In this document: one piece after another, positions 35,507 through 49,752 of the stretch | Position numbering within the stretch: the stretch's first letter is position 1 | How the letters are laid out: each line of letters opens with the position of its first letter | Assembly (NCBI GenBank): GCA_010909165.1 | Contig: VJWM01000282.1 | Location: 62,001-126,000 of the forward strand | DNA: 64,000 nucleotides | DNA from: Anthoceros angustus | Taxonomy: Eukaryota; Plantae; Anthocerotophyta | Direction of reading: 5' to 3' | Program-made: the position numbers and the translations under genes | Notes under the pieces: model-generated | What the model was told of the DNA's origin: nothing | The model's database searches: none | The model's input: only the letters and a program-made list of their open reading frames with translations

Positions 35507-38500
35507 TGACCCTACTAGAAAGGCCGCCTATGTTACACTTTTTGTTAAGATTTGAACCCCCCCTTGTTGCAATTATGTTAAAATCTTGGGGTCTTGTTAC
35601 ACTTATTTGGCCCCTTGTTACAGTCAGGCTTGGTAACCAACCCTCCATCTTGTTACAATCGCGTTACAGTCTTGTTGCAATTTTGTTGCAGTGTAGTGAG
35701 AGGTGGTATTTGGCCCTTTCAAAATTTCAACATATTTGCAACAACCAAAGTGTTACACCCTCTTTTATTCTGATTTTGCGAGGCTTGGTACGAACCTCCT
35801 TCCCATGTGGGTTTGCCATTATTGCTTTCATTCCTTTGTTTTCCCTGCCTTTATTGTTGTCGTGTACGGACTATAAGTATATAATATGCCTTGGCTTCCA
35901 GTGCGTATTGCCCGATGTCATTACTCAAATACATATCGATGCCTTTTCAAAATTATGTACCGTACAAGTGGTATCCGTGTTGTGCACTCCGTTTTGCAAT
36001 GATGCGGCACCAAAATTTCTGGCGTTTGTTTCCACCCTATTATTGCGGTGCCTTTTCACGTCACTCGTATTTCGTGCCCTTGTGGGCGTCCCGTATAAAT
36101 TACTTGTTTTGGAAACCCTTAGTCTACAAGAACAACGTAGTTTCGTGCACCCTGATAACATGCGGTTCTTTGCGCATCCACATCCAAAATTGGCGTCCTC
36201 CCTCGGTAGCAGGATGAATCTACCGGCATCCGCATCCAGCGGTGTCTGCTCCCTCGGGAGGAATGAACCGCAATCTCCATCCGCGACCTGTGCTCCCTCC
36301 TCAGGGTGAATTGGGGTTGTGGTTGGCATTCTCTGTTGCCCGCCCGTTCTCGTTTCGGTGAAGGCCTACTCCTCGTCGTATCGTGTGGGCTGCACCTCCC
36401 ACAGTTCGATTTTGCCCTTCCTCAAGCGGTCTGCTGGTTTTCCTTCCGTCTCCGATTCCACATTTCACAGGTTTGCAGAACATATGACCACATGCCATTC
36501 CCATGGCCCTTGGCACAGCACAAGCTGGCGAGTGCGGTTGCAATTTGCGAGCTTACCTTCTCGGCCTTCTCTTTGTTTTGTTTCCGCCCACTTCCGCCTC
36601 CGATTGCGTGCTTGTCACGTTCCTTGGCACCACCCTCGGCCGTAACTCTTCCTTCCCCATCGCCTTGCCGGGCATTCCCCTTCCTTTCCTCTTAGGCCTC
36701 CTCCATCCTCCATAGGTTGCGTCACCTTTTGGAGCCCATGCGCAGTCCATGCTCTCGGCATCGGCTCGGCGGTATGTGTCGTACAAAGTTCGCAGGCGTT
36801 CACATCTCCATCCTCTTCCGCCACCTCCATGCTCTTCCTCATCGTCACCATGTCGTGGCCGTCGATCTGTCCATTGAGGCTGCTGGATCCCCGTGATGAT
36901 GTCTCATTTACATCTCGCGCCTCCATTCCCTGCACGCCCCGAGGGGCGTTTTTGGCACCATTGCGCACATCACGTCACACGGTCCCCCCCTGCGCCTCCA
37001 TTGTCCATCCACGCCCATCTGTTGCGCCACTACCGGCCTTGATGTCCGCATCCATTCCACGGATGTGTACATGTACAACTCACTTACGGTGGCGCCCCTC
37101 TACCATGTTCTTCGTTGCCCCGTTTTCCCGAGTCACCCACCATGCCCCCCTCTCGATCATGACCCTTTGCTATGTTACGCCACAACCACGGCCGTTCGTG
37201 GTGTCGGACCACCACCTCATCGCCCTCGCCATAGTCGGCGATGTCGATCCCTGCCCCTGCCCTGCTTGTCAGTTTGCCCCACCGTGTAAGCGTTTCCTTC
37301 TCTCGCACCCTGTTTTGTTTGTTGTCATTTGGTGCTCCATGGCCTACCACACGCCTTGATGTCTGTCCTCCCATGGTTGATCGTTCACCTCGTGGCGTCC
37401 CTCTCCATGTCGGGTTCCCGCCACGCCTTGTTGTCCCCGCCATTCGTCCTTCCTTCACGCACATTTGTGCGCGTTTTTCTCCACCACATGCTTGTGGCTC
37501 CCTCTGCGGCTCGAATGCCTTCGCCTCATCTAGCGCCCCTTTCGTTTGAAGGATTGACCCATTCCACTATCCTCCTCCTTGGAAGGCCACGAGATCGGGA
37601 TCCTTCTCCAACTCTATATCATTGACGCAGATCCTTTCCAGCGTTATCCGGCAATCTCACGCATCTCGTGGGTTCGTGCATACTTTGCCTCCCTCACACG
37701 TCGAGGAACTCGGCACCGAATCGCCCGCCGGCGCCCTAGCACTTCCATGTTTGTCGTTCCTTCTAGCATGCCATACTACCTCGTCATCTGCGGGATCGTG
37801 CCATACGTTGTGAAACCGCAACACCCGGCTGTCACCTCCCTTTCCCCACGGGTTTGGACCCATACCGCCATTTCGGCTAGTCTCTCCTTGCTATTTCGTG
37901 CTTGGATGGTGAAAGCGGCCGTTCCTTTTCAGTCGTGTCGTGCCCATGCTAAGGCATCTTCCCACTCTTCATCGTCCACCATGGAAGGTTTCCTATTCGG
38001 AGGTAGTTCCCCTTTTCCCTCTCTTCCAGCGTAAGCGGCCTTGGCATCCACACATCGGCATTCGCGTCGCGTCATTTGAGAGAAATGTCTACTTATGCGA
38101 CTTGACACTAAATCGGGAAGGCTTCCGCCACACACTTGATTAACCGGGCCTTCTACGCTTTTGGGCGTCCCTCCACCTTGTCGGTACCCAGGTCGTTCAC
38201 AACCTTTGTCTGACTAGCTCCGGCATTTCTTCGTGTCTCCTTTCGCTTAGCCCACGAACAACGGTGCCCTGGCGCCTTTCACAACTCATCAATTCGTTCC
38301 TCAGCCATTTCACTCCATGCTTGTAGCAAAGCATTCACCAAACCTCGTTATCAACACCATTTACGAGGGCATTCACATCTATTGTGCCTGTCCTTCCTGC
38401 CTTGGCGGTTGATATGACACCTCCACGCAACAAATTCCGCCCGCCATTCCCTTTCTAGGGCCTCTGTCGGTCCTTCTGCTGTCCTCCCCTCCCTCCGACC

Positions 38501-39839
38501 GTCTTGCACTGTTACCTTCTGCATTCCCGCATTTTAGTCCTCCTCTCTTACATCCAACTCCCTCCGATCGGGCGTGGGTTGTTCTCCTCTTCCCTTGATA
38601 GTTCCCATTCCCCCTACTTGCCATCCATCGTCTTCGTGCATCCAGCGCATTCACACAATGCACATGGAAATAGCGTTCATCCGGATCGGTCTATATCGAG
38701 ACACCGTACAATGTGTTGCGTGGCGTCACGATATCATCATGCCACAACACACTAACACAGTCCGACATTTCGCTTTCTTGGTCCATGTCCTGCGAGCTCG
38801 GCTGCATTGCTCGTCGTCGTCGTCGGGATGGAAGGTGCCAAGTTTGCGTCATCGCCGAACTGAACCTACATGCCGCCATCGCGTGCTTCCCTCCTTCACG
38901 CTTTGTTGCCTCCTTTGCGCGGGCAGCCTCCTCCCACCGTGCTCGCCGATTGAGCCGGAAGGTGGATGGGGCGGATGAGGAGGATAGGCAAGGCGACCTA
39001 CCCCTCCTCATCCCCTCCACCTTCCTACGGTCTCACAGCCGCGTCGTCGTAAACGCCTCCCGATGTGGTAGGTTGGCCGCGCATCAGTGACATCCTTGGC
39101 CACCTCTGTCAGTCTCACGCCATTTTACGTGCGTTGACCTTCCTTCCCCTGCAATTTTTGGCTCCTCTCTGAGGCAACCTTTTCCTTCCTTCGTCCCTCA
39201 TGGCGGTATCGTGCACTCCTGTCCATACAAACTGGGATTTGAAACATATGAGCCATCCTTCATGGCGTCCTTGAGATTGCGAAACATGGCCAGCGGGCCG
39301 CTTCTGCACTCATATCCCTTGTTCATTGACTTAGGTAGCCTACCAGTGCAGGTCACCAATGTGCATTCGAGGCATTTAGTGTTATTTGTCTTTGAGTGCA
39401 GCGTTTATTCGTTTCATATAATGGAGGATTAATATGCACAAGCCCATATTATGCGTCGGCAAACCCGTCCTTGCGTCATCATCTCTACCCCAATTACGAT
39501 CATTCCTATCGCCTCAATCCATGGGTTCCTACCCCTCCATCCCGTCTTTGGTGCGCCCACCCGATGTTTTCATCCTCTGGATGTAGCATGCATTGGGTTA
39601 CTGTGAGAGCCACACAAATGGGCCATCGATGGGCGCACTCATGTGCAAAGTCTCTCCATGTTCACGTCGAATCCGTGTCGATGTCGCAATGATGGCCTCC
39701 ACTCGGCTCACACTCGTACAGCGAACCTTGACATAACGGGCTTGTACTCCTCCCAGTGCCGCGCAAAATTTCGTATGTGACCATAAAACACTCGCTCTCC
39801 TTCACAACCTTCACCGTCCGCTCATTAAAATTTTGCGAG

Positions 39840-41570
39840 CACCGCCTTGTCCTTAGTGCTCGGCGCCGTCTATCGCCTCTATCGTTCTAAGGTGGCTGCC
39901 TTTGTTCCACATATGCCGATAAGCTCGCCTCCATTCGTGGACCGTCCATGATAGCGCGCACTTCATCATCATAGCCGGTGATTCTCCCATGCGTTGGCAG
40001 CCCTTCACGCATCTAAACCTTGAAAGTTCGCGGTCTCCACGTGAACCATACCTCGACCTCTTCCTCGTACATATCTAGAAGCAGTGCATCACCTCCATGT
40101 GGTACAACACATGTCGTTGCGCCCGTGCCTCCACGGCATCAATTTGTCTGACCTCCCGACCAAGCACCTTCTCTCCGTCTCGCTCGCACTCCATAGCCCT
40201 CCAACGTGACCATAATAACGCCGCAAAATGCCATCCCATAGTGCATGCTCTCCTCCTTCAAGTACCCCAATGCTATCGGCCTCCGGCCTCGCCGCCGGAC
40301 GGTCCTTCCTCGTCCCAAGGTATCTTTCGGGTACATCCACCTCGTGTGCACCGGTCAGAAACACGCTACCTCGTCCACTAGATGGATTATCGGTGAGTGG
40401 ATATATCAAACATTTTGGAGGAATTGCTTTTCCAGATCGCACATCACCCTCGCTGCCTCCTCTTTCATTGCTTGCTTGGATTTCATGGCGGTATTGTCCG
40501 TGGCAAATCCACTGTCTGACTAACTTGACCACCGCCTTGTACACATCGGGGTCTATGCACCCTCGGAGGACAATAGGGAAGACTACTTCCATCATTATGT
40601 GCAGTCATGGCACTTGCTCAACCTTGCCGCTCGCGATTTTCGCTATGTTAGATCCGTACCCGTTGGCGACTTTATGCGTTTCATTTCCGCATAATAACCC
40701 GTTTGATTCCTCTCGACCGGGACATATGCGGCAGAGCAATGGCCATCCTCTCTGACCATAACCACCCTTTCCCTCCACTCGCTTCCATGTCCATCCGTGA
40801 GGCTATGTCATCTCGGTCTCACATCAGCGTATGCCAAATGGCTTGGCGTTGTTTTTCTCGGCGTGCATAACGTCCTTTGGTGCCATTTCGGCAAAACCGC
40901 CGATGGAGGTCTACAAACAAGGCCGCCGTCGGTTCCAAACCGGCCTCGATGGCGCGGTCCGCGGTCGCGTTCACTCGCGCCATATCTTGATGACATCGGC
41001 GAAGATGGCGAGGCGGTGGGGCCGATACTCGCCACTCCATTGTACCAGCCCGTCATCCACCGTCCCACGTCGCGGAAGCCACCTCCTAAACCAGCATATA
41101 TTTCTTTCTTCAAGTCCGAAGAATACCGTGAATCCAAGTCCTCCCGATCAACACATGCACGGGCCCCTCACTTGCAATCCGTCAGTCCCAAGGCTGGGTA
41201 ATGCTATGACGTGCAAAATCGCTGCTCATAGTTTGAAATGCTGTTTGGATGGTTGACGGTTTGGAGAAGTCTTAGTGTCCATGCCTCTCCAAAGGTCCTG
41301 CAGTCCTCGATTAAAGGCGCCATAAAGACATCGAAATTCTGGCGATGCGAGCCGGCACAATCAACGGCATAATCACATTCGCATCCTTTGTGCTGGCCCA
41401 TGGTGGCATATTGTGCCACGAACAAGAACCATATGGATGTGTTTGCGGACACATGGCCAAATGGATTGAAGCCATCGCACAATGCAAACCTTCGTTTCGT
41501 TGCTCTTCCCCAAAGCCGTCTACTCCATCAAAGCATCGGTGTGTATCGACCATGATGGTCATGTCCAAAT
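39840..41570 (-). pseudogene. CACTA transposase (Transposase_21/DUF4218-type), copy X
   Basis: DGFNPFGHVSANTSIW, NMPPW, MEVVFPIVLRGCID, RPEA..YLKEESMHY. Duplicate of 42888-42995 plus 49753-51040. Confidence 0.88.
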
Positions 41571-41579
41571 CACAGCTCT

Positions 41580-42700
41580 GCGTCGCTCCGGTTGGCTTTC
41601 CTCATCGATTAGCCGTCCTTCCATCATGACTTCGGGCGTGGGTACCTCAAACTCAAGCGCATAAGGCGAATGCCCATAGGTTAAAGTAATGCGAGTTCTT
41701 TGTGTGGTTACCTTCTCGCCCGTCACGAAAGCCCATAGCGCGGTATCCCGATCCTGCGCATAATTAAGTAAGCTTATTCGAGATCGACGGATAAGTCCGT
41801 TGGTCTTCTCGTTAACCCATTGGCCTTGGGTTGTATGGTGCCGTCTTGCGATGAGTTATACGAAATAGTCCGTCATTGCGCTATCACGGCATTGAGGAAA
41901 TGAGTTCCCTATCGCTTACTAACGCAGCGGACACCCGTGCCGTGTGATGATGTTTCGTGAGAACTTTGCCACCGTGCTTGGAGTCCGTTCTTGTTGCCAC
42001 CGCCTCCACCCGTGGTGCGATGGTCCGTTGCCACCGGGATGTATCTCTTACGTGCTTCCGTCGTGGGTTGTATAGGTCCAGAGTCGATACCCATTTTTGA
42101 ATGGCGTTAGTGCCGGTGGGCACCTGACCATTGGGTCGTTAGGGGGTGCTTCTCGATCAGCGACAAGCATCACACCGCTTCTGAATGGTCGTCTCCCTAA
42201 ACACAATGGGCCACCGATCCGGCTTCAAGATCTTCATGGTGGTAACTTGCGTCGCATAGTGTCCACCACCTAGCCTTTCATGCATCCCCTTTATTACTAC
42301 CTCCGCGTTTCACTGTTGGAGGTACCTACAAATGGTCCCACTTTAAAGACGCATCCGTTGTACATCCTAAAAGGTCGAGCGTAGTGTACAAAGGCTGTTC
42401 TTTGCGCACGGTTCAACCCGCATCTCCATCCGCCGCAGTACCGCTCGACTCCGCATAGGTGGGCCGTCCCCTTCGTCCGCTCCCCTTCTCCGTTTCTACC
42501 AGATCGCGTCCATAAGCTTGAGGTTCTTGACTCGCTCCTCCGCTGCGCCTCCGTGGCCACCAATTCCTCGTCGGAAGGTCCTCCACGATCCGCAGGGCTC
42601 ATCTTCAATCTTGGCGAAGTCCGGCGTTTTGGTGTTGACGCCTTGCTCGGTCTCCACCTCAAAGGTGAACTCCTGTAGTAACAGAATCCACCTCGTGATG
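41580..42700 (-). pseudogene. Ty3/gypsy pol fragment (end of RNase H plus integrase)
   Basis: RWILLLQEF, MHERLGGGHY..CDAC zinc finger, GIDSGPIQP..RYIPVATDH, GHSPYAL. RNase H precedes INT, the gypsy order. Confidence 0.8.
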
Positions 42701-42995
42701 AGAATCACGCACAAGCACTTGCAAAGAGTCTTGTAGAGTTGCATTACATAATACAAGAGTGTTTATATAGTAGGTAGAGTCGGTGGTTACAACAATAAGT
42801 TGTTGTAACTATAAGTGGTTATAACCATAAGTGGTTATAACAACTAACTACCTAAATAACCTTCTCTCTCTTCCTCTTCCTTGCTCACAGCCTCCAACGT
42901 GACCATAATAGCATACAAAATGCCATCCCATAGTGCATGCTCTCCTCCTTCAAGTACTAGCGCTATCTTGGCCTCGCCTCATGTTGCCAGACGTC

Positions 42996-43247
42996 TTCAC
43001 GAAATATGGAAATGGTGCAAACCAATTGAGTATTTATCAATTACATTATTGTAGAAAATACAAGAAAGCATTAGTAAATTGATTGTAGCAACTAGACTTA
43101 TTCTAGTAGCCAAGAGACATGACCTTTGGCCTAGGGACGTAACCCTAATGAAAGGGTAAGCTAAATAAATTAAAGCTATATACACACATACACTAGATAG
43201 CTAGATATAATAACTATAAGTAATAACTCAACACTCTATCTTCAATA
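42996..43247 (-). repeat. 3' LTR of Copia C
   Basis: Matches 49504-49752. Preceded on the minus strand by PPT-like CAAGTGGGAG (43248-43257). Confidence 0.93.
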
Positions 43248-44353
43248 CTCCCACTTGTTGATTATTGCATAGTGATCTTCTTCTCCATGAGCACCTTTGT
43301 CAGTTGAGCTTGAGTGCGTGTGTGTGTACCAGTTGTGACCCAGGCGACCAGCCAGCGTAATGGAGCGACTCTGTGACAGGTGTGCCATAAGCATAATAGC
43401 TTGCCTTTACGTTCGGTCTTCATTCTTTCCACGACTTCTAGGCGTGGGAAGCTCCTAGGCAAGATGTCTTCATCTTACAGTCATGGACTGTCCTCACAAG
43501 CGCCGTGTCTACGGAGGGATGCTCTAGGTAGGTTTGCGCTGACTAGAACGACCGCCTCCATCTCCCGTGAGGCAAAGGGAGTAACCACTCGAGCGGCAGC
43601 ACAATGGGTCTTGGCGGGCGCGCCTAGGCGGCAGAAAAGACAACGCCGTGCTTGAGGCGCGGGCAGGCTGCGGCAGTAGCAAGTGGAGCAAGAGCCCTGG
43701 AGAGATGGGAGCTCCACCTCGTCGCCTGCACCCAGCACTGTAAGCTTATTTTCTCGAGCTTCGTTTGATGCCCGAGTGCGAGAAGGGTGAGTTCAAGTAT
43801 GCATCTGGCGAGCCACATCCTCCTGCACCACCCAAGTTCCCCGAGCCTAAGAACGAGTCGTCGGAGGAAATTGTTACCCTCGGTTGTGCTCGGTTCCCGC
43901 GCTATTTGGTGTGCTTGGTCACCTGAAGATGGTGAGAGTCCGTGTCCAGGCTCCGGGGCTTTGATGACCACATCATAAGCTTCTATAGTAAGTATTACTC
44001 TTCTGTTTGGGCGTAATCCTTTACGCCACATTTAGTTGCCAATTTTTCCTAAACCCCTGCAGTCTCGGCATGAATTCACTACCTTTTCCTCCCACTCGCC
44101 TCACGGGATCGAGGCAGCTTAGGAGGAGAGGCCGGGGCACCAAGGAGAGGATCTCTCCTACGAGGAGAGAAAGAGAAGAAACTCCCCTGTTCGGTGGTGA
44201 GACATTCTCTACTTCATCGGACAGCTATGCATCTTGGGAGAAGATTTGAGACTCCTCTACTTACATGAGTAGGAGGTCCCTTCTGATCTCTCTCCAAGCT
44301 ATGATGATCCGATTGACAGAATGATTGGGGCTGTTCCTAGCTCATAGGCTAGG

Positions 44354-47300
44354 TTAGGATTGGTTTTGCTTGGCCTCTGGGTAGCCCTCGTGGCTGCCCA
44401 TGCCCAAACTTTTCATGTGCCTGTTGTGTGCGTCCCTACTCAGGGCTTTTGTGAACAAATCTGCTGGATTGTCTGCTGTTGGTACATACTCCAGTGTAAT
44501 CTGACCTGATTTGATAAGATCCCTAATGAAGTGGTATTCCACTTCCACGTGCTTTGTGCGGGAGTGAAAAACAGGGTTCTTGGCCAGGTTCATGGATCCT
44601 TGGTTGTCGGTTCTAATAGTGGTGCAAGTAGGGAGTGGCAATCCCAGCTCCTTAAACATTAGCTTGCACCAAGCTATTTCTTTAGCAGCAGATGTGAGGA
44701 CCCGATATTCACTTGGTCTTTGGAAGTTGCAAGTGGTTGCTTCTTGCTTGACCAGCATATGGGCCTCTGCCACCATGACAACGTGCGGACACGACCTCCG
44801 TGTATCTATGTCACCGGCATAATCGAGTCGTATATACGTCCGACTCAAGTGGTGTGCGGTATGTGTCGAATCGAATCCCAATGTTGGATGTTCCTTGGAT
44901 ACCTAACCACCCTCTTAACACCAGTCATGCGTTTGACCAGGTTCTCGAGGTATTGCGAGCACACTTGGTGTAGGCTACATCGGTCGTGTAGTGTTGGCGA
45001 TAGATAAGTTTGCCAACTCCCCTTTCAGAGGGGACCGACCTCATGTCTTCTATGTCCTTTTTGGTTTCGGGACACATGGACTTGCTAAATTTCGATCCGG
45101 ATGGCGGTGGAGTCGCTGGATTTGCATCCTTCAAGCCAAGATGTTCAGCACATTCTAACAGGTATCGAGGCTGTGTGAGAGATATAGATCTGTTTTTTCT
45201 ATCCCTCTGAATAAGGATTCCCAGGCAGCTCTGAAGTGCTCCAAGGTTAGTCATTTCAAACTTGGTAGATAGCAGCTTGTTAACTTTGGTGATGAATGTG
45301 GGGCTATTGCAGGATAGAATCAAATCATCAACATACACTGCGAGATAGCACACAACGTCACCAGATCTGTAAACATACAGGCTGCTGTCTGAAACACATT
45401 TCACGAATCCAAGTGCACGCAGTTCTTCATCCAGGACAGCATTCCACTCTAATGCTGATTGCTTCAGGCCATAGAGGGTTTTTATTAGGCGCAAGACATG
45501 ATCTTCCTTGCCTTTTACTTCGTATCCTGAGGGCTGCTGCATGTAGATTTCGGTGTCCAACTTGCCATGTAGAAATGCGGTCTTTACATCAAACATGTCT
45601 AACTCGTAGTCTTGATGTCTTGCCGGGGCAGATTGTGCGAAAGGTGGCGGCTTCATCACAGAGCATATGTTTGAGTAATCGAGACCCGGGCACTTGCAGC
45701 CACGAGCTACAAGTCGTGCTTTGTACCTATCAAAACTTCCATCAGCCTTTTACCTTTTTGAAGACCCACTTGCAAGACACCACCTTACGTCCGAGGTAAC
45801 TTAGCTAGTTCCCATGTTCCATTTTTGATCGTGAATCATATTCTAATTGAATTGCCTTTTCCACTCTGCGGCATCGGGCGGCTAAGAGCTTCTTCGTAGG
45901 ATTGAGGTTCGATAGGATCCGAGGAAGTGGCTGCATTAGGTTGGTTTTCTAAAGTCCTGTGATAATGTCGGTGCCGTCTATCTCTTGCGGGATAACGGCG
46001 CTCGGGTTGTGGTGGAGCTTGAGCAAGGGTTGAATCTCGGTTCAACCTGCATCCTTGTCGAAGATGAGCATCTTGACCTCATCCTCGTCAATGTCGGATC
46101 GGTCGTGGATCGGGTAAAAGGTCTGGTTCGTTACTCTGGAGGAGGTTCTTTCTGCAAATGTTCAAGCAAAATTTTCGGTTCATCTCCTTGCTCCGAGCAT
46201 CATTTCTTGTTCTTCCCCCCTGGGAGCAATCTCCGCAAGAGCGAGAATCATCGAAACGATGGCGGGGCAAGGTAGAAAGATCAAAGTCCTCCTGTGGGAG
46301 TAGCTCCCACTTCGCCAAGTTCGACCTTCATCAAAGGTCACGCTCCGTGCATAGACCACCTTGTTCGGTCGTCATACGACTTATAAGCTTTTATACCTTG
46401 AGTATCCTATCATGAGGTACTTCTTGGCCTTAGCGACTAACTTGGTTGCTTGGCCTTAGGGATGAAAGCAAAAGCGATGCATCCGAAAGTGCGAAGATGT
46501 TGGATAGGTGGCTTGCGCCCATAAAGCTTCAAAGTTGTCCAATCACGGCGGTTGTAGGCGATCACATTGCGTAAATACAATCATAAGGGCTTGATAGGAT
46601 AGTGGCAAAGAGGCTTGGTGAAGCATAGAGGAGACCATCTCCTGCGGTGTCAAGTTCAAGCGCTCGGCAGCGCCATTACATTGCGGCGTATACACAAGTG
46701 TGCCTATCCCTTCGTCCTTCTGATGCGGAATTAGATGTGAATTCTCCACCATTGTCTCGAGCGTAGGACTTTCGGTGATTTTCCTGTCCATCTCTCACAA
46801 GTTTCATGTAGTCTTTGAGCAGAGAGAAGCATTCACTTTTAGCTTTCAAGATGTAAGCCATGACAAATCTCGTCTTGTAAATGCAGCAGATGTAAGTATC
46901 GGCCACCGATTGAGGGTGCGAGTGGCCCACATATGTCGATGTGCACAAGTTCAAGCACTTGGGGCTGTGAGGAGTCTTGTTCTTGAAGGCTGCTTGATGA
47001 CGTTTGGACAGACACAGCTTCACGGAGAGGTAAGGATGGCGCCAATTTTACCATCAACATGCAGTCACTAGCGCTAGTTTTTGCAACTTTGCGTGAGGGT
47101 GACCTAAGCGTGCATGCCATAACCTAGCTTGTTCTTCTTGCTGTCTCGAGGACCTTGAAGCTAGGCTAGCCTTGGCATGGGGTGTGAGTGTCGATCTAAA
47201 GAGATCATGGTCGATGATCCATAGGCTAGGATTTTGCGATGATCAAAAGCATCTATAATCCTACGATTACAGCCGGAGTGAAGAGGATGTGACTTTGATT

Positions 47301-48450
47301 ATCCATGTTCAACCTTCTAGCAATCAAGTTTCTTGTCATTTCGGGCACATGATACACATCAGCAAGAGTGTGATGCACGAAGGGACGGTAGCTTGACGGT
47401 GCCAACACCGACACGCAAGCCTACTATCGTCACCTAGGTAAACAAATCATTGTGAACTAACTTTTGTATGTGATGAATGAACAAGCAGATGTATGTTTTG
47501 CACATCAAGGAACCACTCCTGTATGGGTTTGCCTTGAGTATTTGCGAGACAAGCATGTGGGGTTAGCAAGAGGGTAGGAAAACTCCTGGTCCCTACGGTG
47601 AAATGAGCCTTGTTTAGTCACCACAACATGTGTCGAAGTGAGTTGCCCTCCTTGCGAGGTACTCAGGCTTCTTCGACACTCGGACTCCCAATGGCACTGA
47701 ATTTGGCACGGTGGCACTTTCCAGCCTTCTTGGGCTTCTTTGGTGTAGAGACTCCTTCGAGCTACTAGCACCGAGGTATTTTGTCTACCTCGAAGTTGGG
47801 CTTCTTGCCCTTTCCTTTGTTGTTGTTAGTGTACAAAGCTTCTTGCAGAGCGTTTGAATTGTCCTCTTGTGACTTCTTCAGAAGAGCTCCCACTAATTCA
47901 AATGTTGTTTTGGGAGATCAACACTGCGGCTGGGCAATCTTCCGCCCTTGTAGTTGCGAGGTGTTGAATGAGGTCACGAAATGTGCCCAAGATTCGAGTG
48001 ACATCATGAAATGCAGAATGAGAGCACGGTCCTTCACACTATCACTGCGGCACTTTCAAACTTGGAGACTAGGGATAAGGTAGTCGTGTTTTCAATGGAT
48101 TCTCCTTCTTTCATCTTCAAGTTTTGTATGTTGCGGCGTGTCATTTGACTTGTGTCATCGGTTCCCAAATAGACTTTGGAGCAGCGTCCAAATATCGGTG
48201 AGGTTTTGCAACGAGGTGTCTCAACATGTCGTCGACAGACCACTCCGTGGGAGGAAGCTGTGACTTCGTCCTTTATGGTCCAAGCATCAAGTGCCTTGAT
48301 CGGTGAGGGGTGCCATTGAGACTTTGACGTCCCATGAACCACCACTGGCGCTTGTTTTGAAGGGCACGCATTCTAAGTACCCGGATGTCATAATCGCCCC
48401 ACAATCTATCCTTCTCTTTGAATCCCTCCCGCTAAATTAGAGTCACCCAT
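44354..48450 (-). pseudogene. Copia C gag-pol polyprotein (frameshifted as assembled)
   Basis: NLKMKEGESI (gag), LWHARLGHP, LELVHIDICGP, RDNGGEF, YTPQCNGAAER, FDVKTAFLHG, LYGLKQS, AVYVDDLIL, TDNQGSMNLAKNPVFHSRTKHVEV, NPADLFTKAL. Confidence 0.93.
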
Positions 48451-49492
48451 GTTTGGGGTATCGTTAGTCCCCTCACGGTGAGGATTTTATGGATGAATTT
48501 CTAATGTGTGACACCTGTGAAGCTAACGTGTGAGGATTCGAGAAGAGTTATGATGCTACACGTGCATCGAGGATGGGCTGCACATGCAGCCTTTCTGGTA
48601 AGATGGGTTCGATGCTGGTCACCCAAATTGACCAACTCCTATCTACCTTTTCCCTTAATGTTGTGTTTCCTAATCTCCCGATTAAAGGAATAGGTCATGC
48701 AGATGGACACGAGTTTGGATTCTCAAATTTGTGATGCTTGTTAGTTTTGTAGCATGCTTACAAGGTCCCTCGATTGCGAGGTTAGCAAGAAGAGCGAGCC
48801 TCAACAAAGCAAGCAATTTGAAATCCAAGTGACCAATCGATCCGAACGATTGTAAGTCCTCGAAGCAGCAAGCTTTCGACTTATGTTTTCAAAGCGTCAT
48901 CTACATGTCATTGTTGTGATTCTAGTCTAGAACTTAAATGTGTGATCTTTGGTATGTGGTGCTACGTTTGTGGTTAGGAAACCCGAGGATTGCCGTTACC
49001 AACAATGGCGGGTTGCACATTTGGGAGATTGTGAGTCCTCGGCGGAGGCGGCGCGATGGTGAAGATCGGCAGTAGTTCTTCTCCTGCGTTCTCTTGCGCA
49101 CCATGTTGTATTTGGCGATGCGCCATCCGGGCCGTCTGCCCGTCACGAGGATCGGCCATTCATTTGGCCAAATTCTTGTGTTTTGGAAAATTCCAAGAAA
49201 CATATTGTAATTTTATATGATTTTATAAAGATATTTGCCATACGGCGATCGTTCTAGCGTGTCGATGACAGATTGCTTTGCAACAATCAGCGATGATGCT
49301 TAGAACTCTAGAAATGCAAAATTTCTATTAACAAATCAAGCAAAAATAGCTACAAAAGGTTTCTCAAACATTTTCTTGATTTCTTATTAGAAACTAATTT
49401 CTAATCAAGAAACAAACACAAAGAACATTTTATGCACATCAACATGTGCACAATTTAATGTGCATTCTTGTGAATGCAATGCACCTAGCATT

Positions 49493-49503
49493 GCTCGATA
49501 CCA
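49493..49503 (-). promoter_or_regulatory. PBS (tRNA-iMet) of Copia C
   Basis: GCTCGATACCA, one base short of GCTCTGATACCA at the CTG, adjacent to the LTR. Confidence 0.85.
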
Positions 49504-49752
49504 TTACGAAATATGGAAATGGTGCAAACCAATTGAGTATTTATCAATTACATTATTGTAGAAAACAAGAAAGCATTAGTAAATTGATTGTAGCAACTAG
49601 ACTTATTCTAGTAGCCAAGAGACATGACCTTTGGCCTAGGGACGTAACCCTAATGAAAGGGTAAGCTAAATAAATTCAAGCTATATACACACATACACTA
49701 GATAGCTAGATATAATAACTATAAGTAATAACTCAACACTCTATCTTCAATA
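49504..49752 (-). repeat. 5' LTR of Copia C
   Basis: Near-identical to 42996-43247. By eye: one substitution, a 2-bp indel and a 1-bp indel at the end. Confidence 0.93.

Larger units (their letters stand above)
42996..49752 (-). mobile_element. Full-length Ty1/copia element (Copia C) nested in the CACTA transposase
   Basis: Two ~250-bp near-identical LTRs, PBS, PPT, gag-PR-INT-RT-RH order. Flanks ACGTC and CGGTC form an imperfect TSD. Confidence 0.93.

Noticed and set aside
35694-35698. TAGTG as a separate CACTA right terminus
   Set aside because: No matching CACTACAC partner or TSD was found. It lies within the subterminal region of the well-supported CCCTA end.
35386-36309. 307-aa plus-strand ORF as a membrane-protein gene
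   Set aside because: It crosses the Copia/CCCTA junction and reads through the TIR and subterminal repeats, so it is most likely a chance frame.
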